Shown here one piece after another: positions 61,740 through 64,000 of a stretch of 64,000 bases of DNA. Position 1 is the stretch's first letter; each line of letters opens with the position of its first letter. Position numbers and translations under genes: made by a program. Source of the stretch: Isosphaeraceae bacterium (GTDB taxonomy: Bacteria; Planctomycetota; Planctomycetia; Isosphaerales; Isosphaeraceae); the NCBI GenBank assembly GCA_965201075.1, contig CBDAVP010000001.1:62001-126000 (forward strand). Direction: 5' to 3'. Under the pieces are notes generated by a model. It had not been told where the DNA came from. It saw nothing but the letters and a program-made list of their open reading frames with translations, and made no database searches.

Positions 61740-63413
61740 ATGAGGGCGGCGATTCGCCTCGATCGGGCGGCCTCGCAATGCGCGTGGGTTGTGACCCTGG
61801 GGATGCTGGTCGCGCCGTCCTGGGGGATCGCCGCCGGTCCCGAACGGACCGGCGCGACCAAGCCGTCGAAAGCAGCCAAGGGGGCCTTGCAGGAAAAGGC
61901 CGAGGCGATCGACGCCCTGCTTCAGTCTTCCTGGGAGAGCGGCGGCGTCAAGCCCTCGGCCATCGCCTCCGACTCCGAGTACATGCGGCGGGCCTACGTC
62001 GACATCCTCGGGCGGATTCCCAACGTCAGCGAGGCCCTCGACTTCCTCACGACCAAGGACCCCAACAAGCGGGCCAAACTGGTCGACGGCCTGCTGGAAC
62101 ACCCGGACTACTCCAAGAACTTCGCCTCGGTCTGGACCGTCACCCTGGTCGGCCGCCGAGACCAGGGTCGCGAGGTCAACCGCAAGGCCCTGACCGACTG
62201 GCTGCGCACCCAGTTCAAGGAGAACGTGGCCTGGGACAAGATGGCCTATTCCCTCATCACGGCCACCGGTTCCAACCGCGACAATGGCGCCTGCAACTTC
62301 ACCCTCTCGCACATGGAAGACGGCGCCGTGCCGCTGACCTCCATCAGCATGAGGGTCTTCATGGGTCAGCAGGTCCAGTGCACCCAGTGCCACGACCACC
62401 CCTCCAATGACTGGAAGCAGGCCGACTTCTGGGGCATTAACGCCTTCTACAAGGGGCTCCAGAAAGAGACCATCAAGAAGATTGATGGCACCGGCGCCGA
62501 GGTCGACGACTACGTCGAACTCTCCGAGGAACCCAGCGACAAATACTCCACCTACGAGCGTCGCAACGCGATGGTGGGAATCGCCTTCCCCCGATTCCTC
62601 GACGGCACCGCCATTGGCCAGGGAGTCGCCGACGACGAGGGCAACCCCATCGAGCGACGCAAGAAACTGGGCGAGATGGTCACCGCGACCAACAACGACC
62701 AGTTCGCCCGGGCGCTGGTGAATCGCCTCTGGTCCCACTTCCTGGGCCACGGGTTCGTTACCCCGGTCGACGACTTCGGCGCCCATAACCCGGCCAACAA
62801 CCCCGAGTTGCTGGAACACCTGGCCGGCGAGTTCAAGGCCGCGAAGTATGACCTGAAATCCCTGATCCGCCTGATCTGCGCCAGCCGGGCGTACAACCTC
62901 ACCAGCATCACGACCAAGGGCAATGACAAGGACGACGTCCTGTTCACCCATCAGGCCCTGAAGCCGATGTCGCCCGAGCAGTTGTTCGACTCGCTCTTGA
63001 CGGCCACCGCCGCCCACAAGGCTGGAGGCGCCGGCGACCTGGAACGCAACCGGGCCGAGTGGCTTCGTCAGTTCCAGTTCGCCTACGCCACCGATGAGGG
63101 AGAGGAATCGTCCAGCTACCAGGGGACGATCCCGCAGGCCCTGATGATGATGAACGGCCCCTTGATGGACAAGGCCGTCAACGGGCAGTCGGGCAGCTTC
63201 CTGGCGAGCCTGCTGGGCTCGGCCGACTCCAAGCGCGACCCGGCCGGTTACGTCGTTGACCGCATGTACCTGGCCGCCCTGGGCCGGCACCCTTCGGCCA
63301 AGGAGGTCGAGAAGGCCGCCCACTACTACCACAATGATCCGGACTCGATCTGCGTGATGCAAGACCTGTTCTGGGCCTTGCTGAACTCCAACGAATTCAT
63401 CCTGAACCACTGA
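61740..63413 (+). CDS. DUF1549/DUF1553 planctomycete protein
   Basis: RRAYVDILGRIP, CTQCHDHP, VNRLWSHFLGHG, PELLEHLA, PQALMMMN, LFWALLNSNEF. Confidence 0.92.
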   Translation: MRAAIRLDRAASQCAWVVTLGMLVAPSWGIAAGPERTGATKPSKAAKGALQEKAEAIDALLQSSWESGGVKPSAIASDSEYMRRAYVDILGRIPNVSEALDFLTTKDPNKRAKLVDGLLEHPDYSKNFASVWTVTLVGRRDQGREVNRKALTDWLRTQFKENVAWDKMAYSLITATGSNRDNGACNFTLSHMEDGAVPLTSISMRVFMGQQVQCTQCHDHPSNDWKQADFWGINAFYKGLQKETIKKIDGTGAEVDDYVELSEEPSDKYSTYERRNAMVGIAFPRFLDGTAIGQGVADDEGNPIERRKKLGEMVTATNNDQFARALVNRLWSHFLGHGFVTPVDDFGAHNPANNPELLEHLAGEFKAAKYDLKSLIRLICASRAYNLTSITTKGNDKDDVLFTHQALKPMSPEQLFDSLLTATAAHKAGGAGDLERNRAEWLRQFQFAYATDEGEESSSYQGTIPQALMMMNGPLMDKAVNGQSGSFLASLLGSADSKRDPAGYVVDRMYLAALGRHPSAKEVEKAAHYYHNDPDSICVMQDLFWALLNSNEFILNH

Positions 63414-63504
63414 GTTGCGTTTCCCGGATTCCGAGGCGTGTCGCCCCGGAGCCTGCCTTGCCGAGTGAGCGTCAGGGGCCGAGGGCCTGGGGGGGATTCG
63501 ACCG

Positions 63505-64000
63505 ATGTTCGACCGTCACGCAACGCCCGAGGGGATGTCCCGTCGCCACTTTCTGGGGCACATGGCGACCACCGCCCTGACCCTGCCGGCCATGCAGTTC
63601 GTCGGCACCCTCCAGGCCAACGCCGCGGCCCTGAAGGCGGGTCATAAGCGCTGCATTTTGCTGTGGATGGGTGGCGGACCCAGCCACATGGACACCTGGG
63701 ACCTCAAGCCCGACAGTGAAAAGAACGGCGGCGAATTCAAGCCGATCGCCACCGCCGCCCCCGGCGTCCAGATCAGCGAGCACCTGCCCAACGTCGCCAA
63801 GCAGATGCAGCACCTGAGCATCATCCGCTCGCTCGACTCCAAGGAAGGCAATCACGACCGCGGCACCTACACGATGCACACCGGCTACCAGCCCAATCCC
63901 ACGGTGGTCCACCCGGGGTTCGGCTCGGTCGTCTCGTATGAAGCCGCGCAGATGGACGCCCTGGCCCAGTTCGACCTGCCGCACTGCATCGCCATCAACA
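63505..64000 (+). CDS. DUF1501 domain protein, runs off the right edge
   Basis: Manual translation: MSRRHFL Tat motif, CILLWMGGGPSHMDTWDLKP, GEFKPIAT, ISEHLP. Confidence 0.9.
   Translation, partial: MFDRHATPEGMSRRHFLGHMATTALTLPAMQFVGTLQANAAALKAGHKRCILLWMGGGPSHMDTWDLKPDSEKNGGEFKPIATAAPGVQISEHLPNVAKQMQHLSIIRSLDSKEGNHDRGTYTMHTGYQPNPTVVHPGFGSVVSYEAAQMDALAQFDLPHCIAIN

Overview
High-GC bacterial chromosome segment, most likely a planctomycete of the Isosphaeraceae type (DUF1549/DUF1553 and DUF1501 genes, Tat-exported TIM-barrel protein, HTH plus acidic-linker protein). It is mostly core and envelope genes: a CtpA-type protease, asnB, dtd, glmU, gatC/gatA/gatB, system II cytochrome c maturation (ccsA, ResB-like), a xylonate-type dehydratase, mug, a kinase/sigma-54 regulator pair, pnp, rpsO, lpxI-like, lpxD, a desaturase, efp, larC, an MsbA-like ABC transporter and mscL. 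I saw no tRNA, rRNA or CRISPR array by eye. Most unusual items: (1) two tandem Tat-exported ferritin-like proteins that look circularly permuted (helix A at the C-terminus), behind a promoter with a palindrome over the -35; (2) a HEPN gene and a partner ORF inserted with overlapping stop/start codons between gatA and gatB; (3) a TolC-like protein that seems to lack its beta-barrel segments and carries a possible secretin-like N-terminal domain; (4) a scar of RHS remnant, AT-rich ORF and IS1-like end; (5) a small gene with a G9 tract that shifts frame; (6) a gene with a probable CTG start between kinase and regulator; (7) EF-P with Asn at the usually modified loop tip. All family assignments come from motif recognition by eye; no searches were run.
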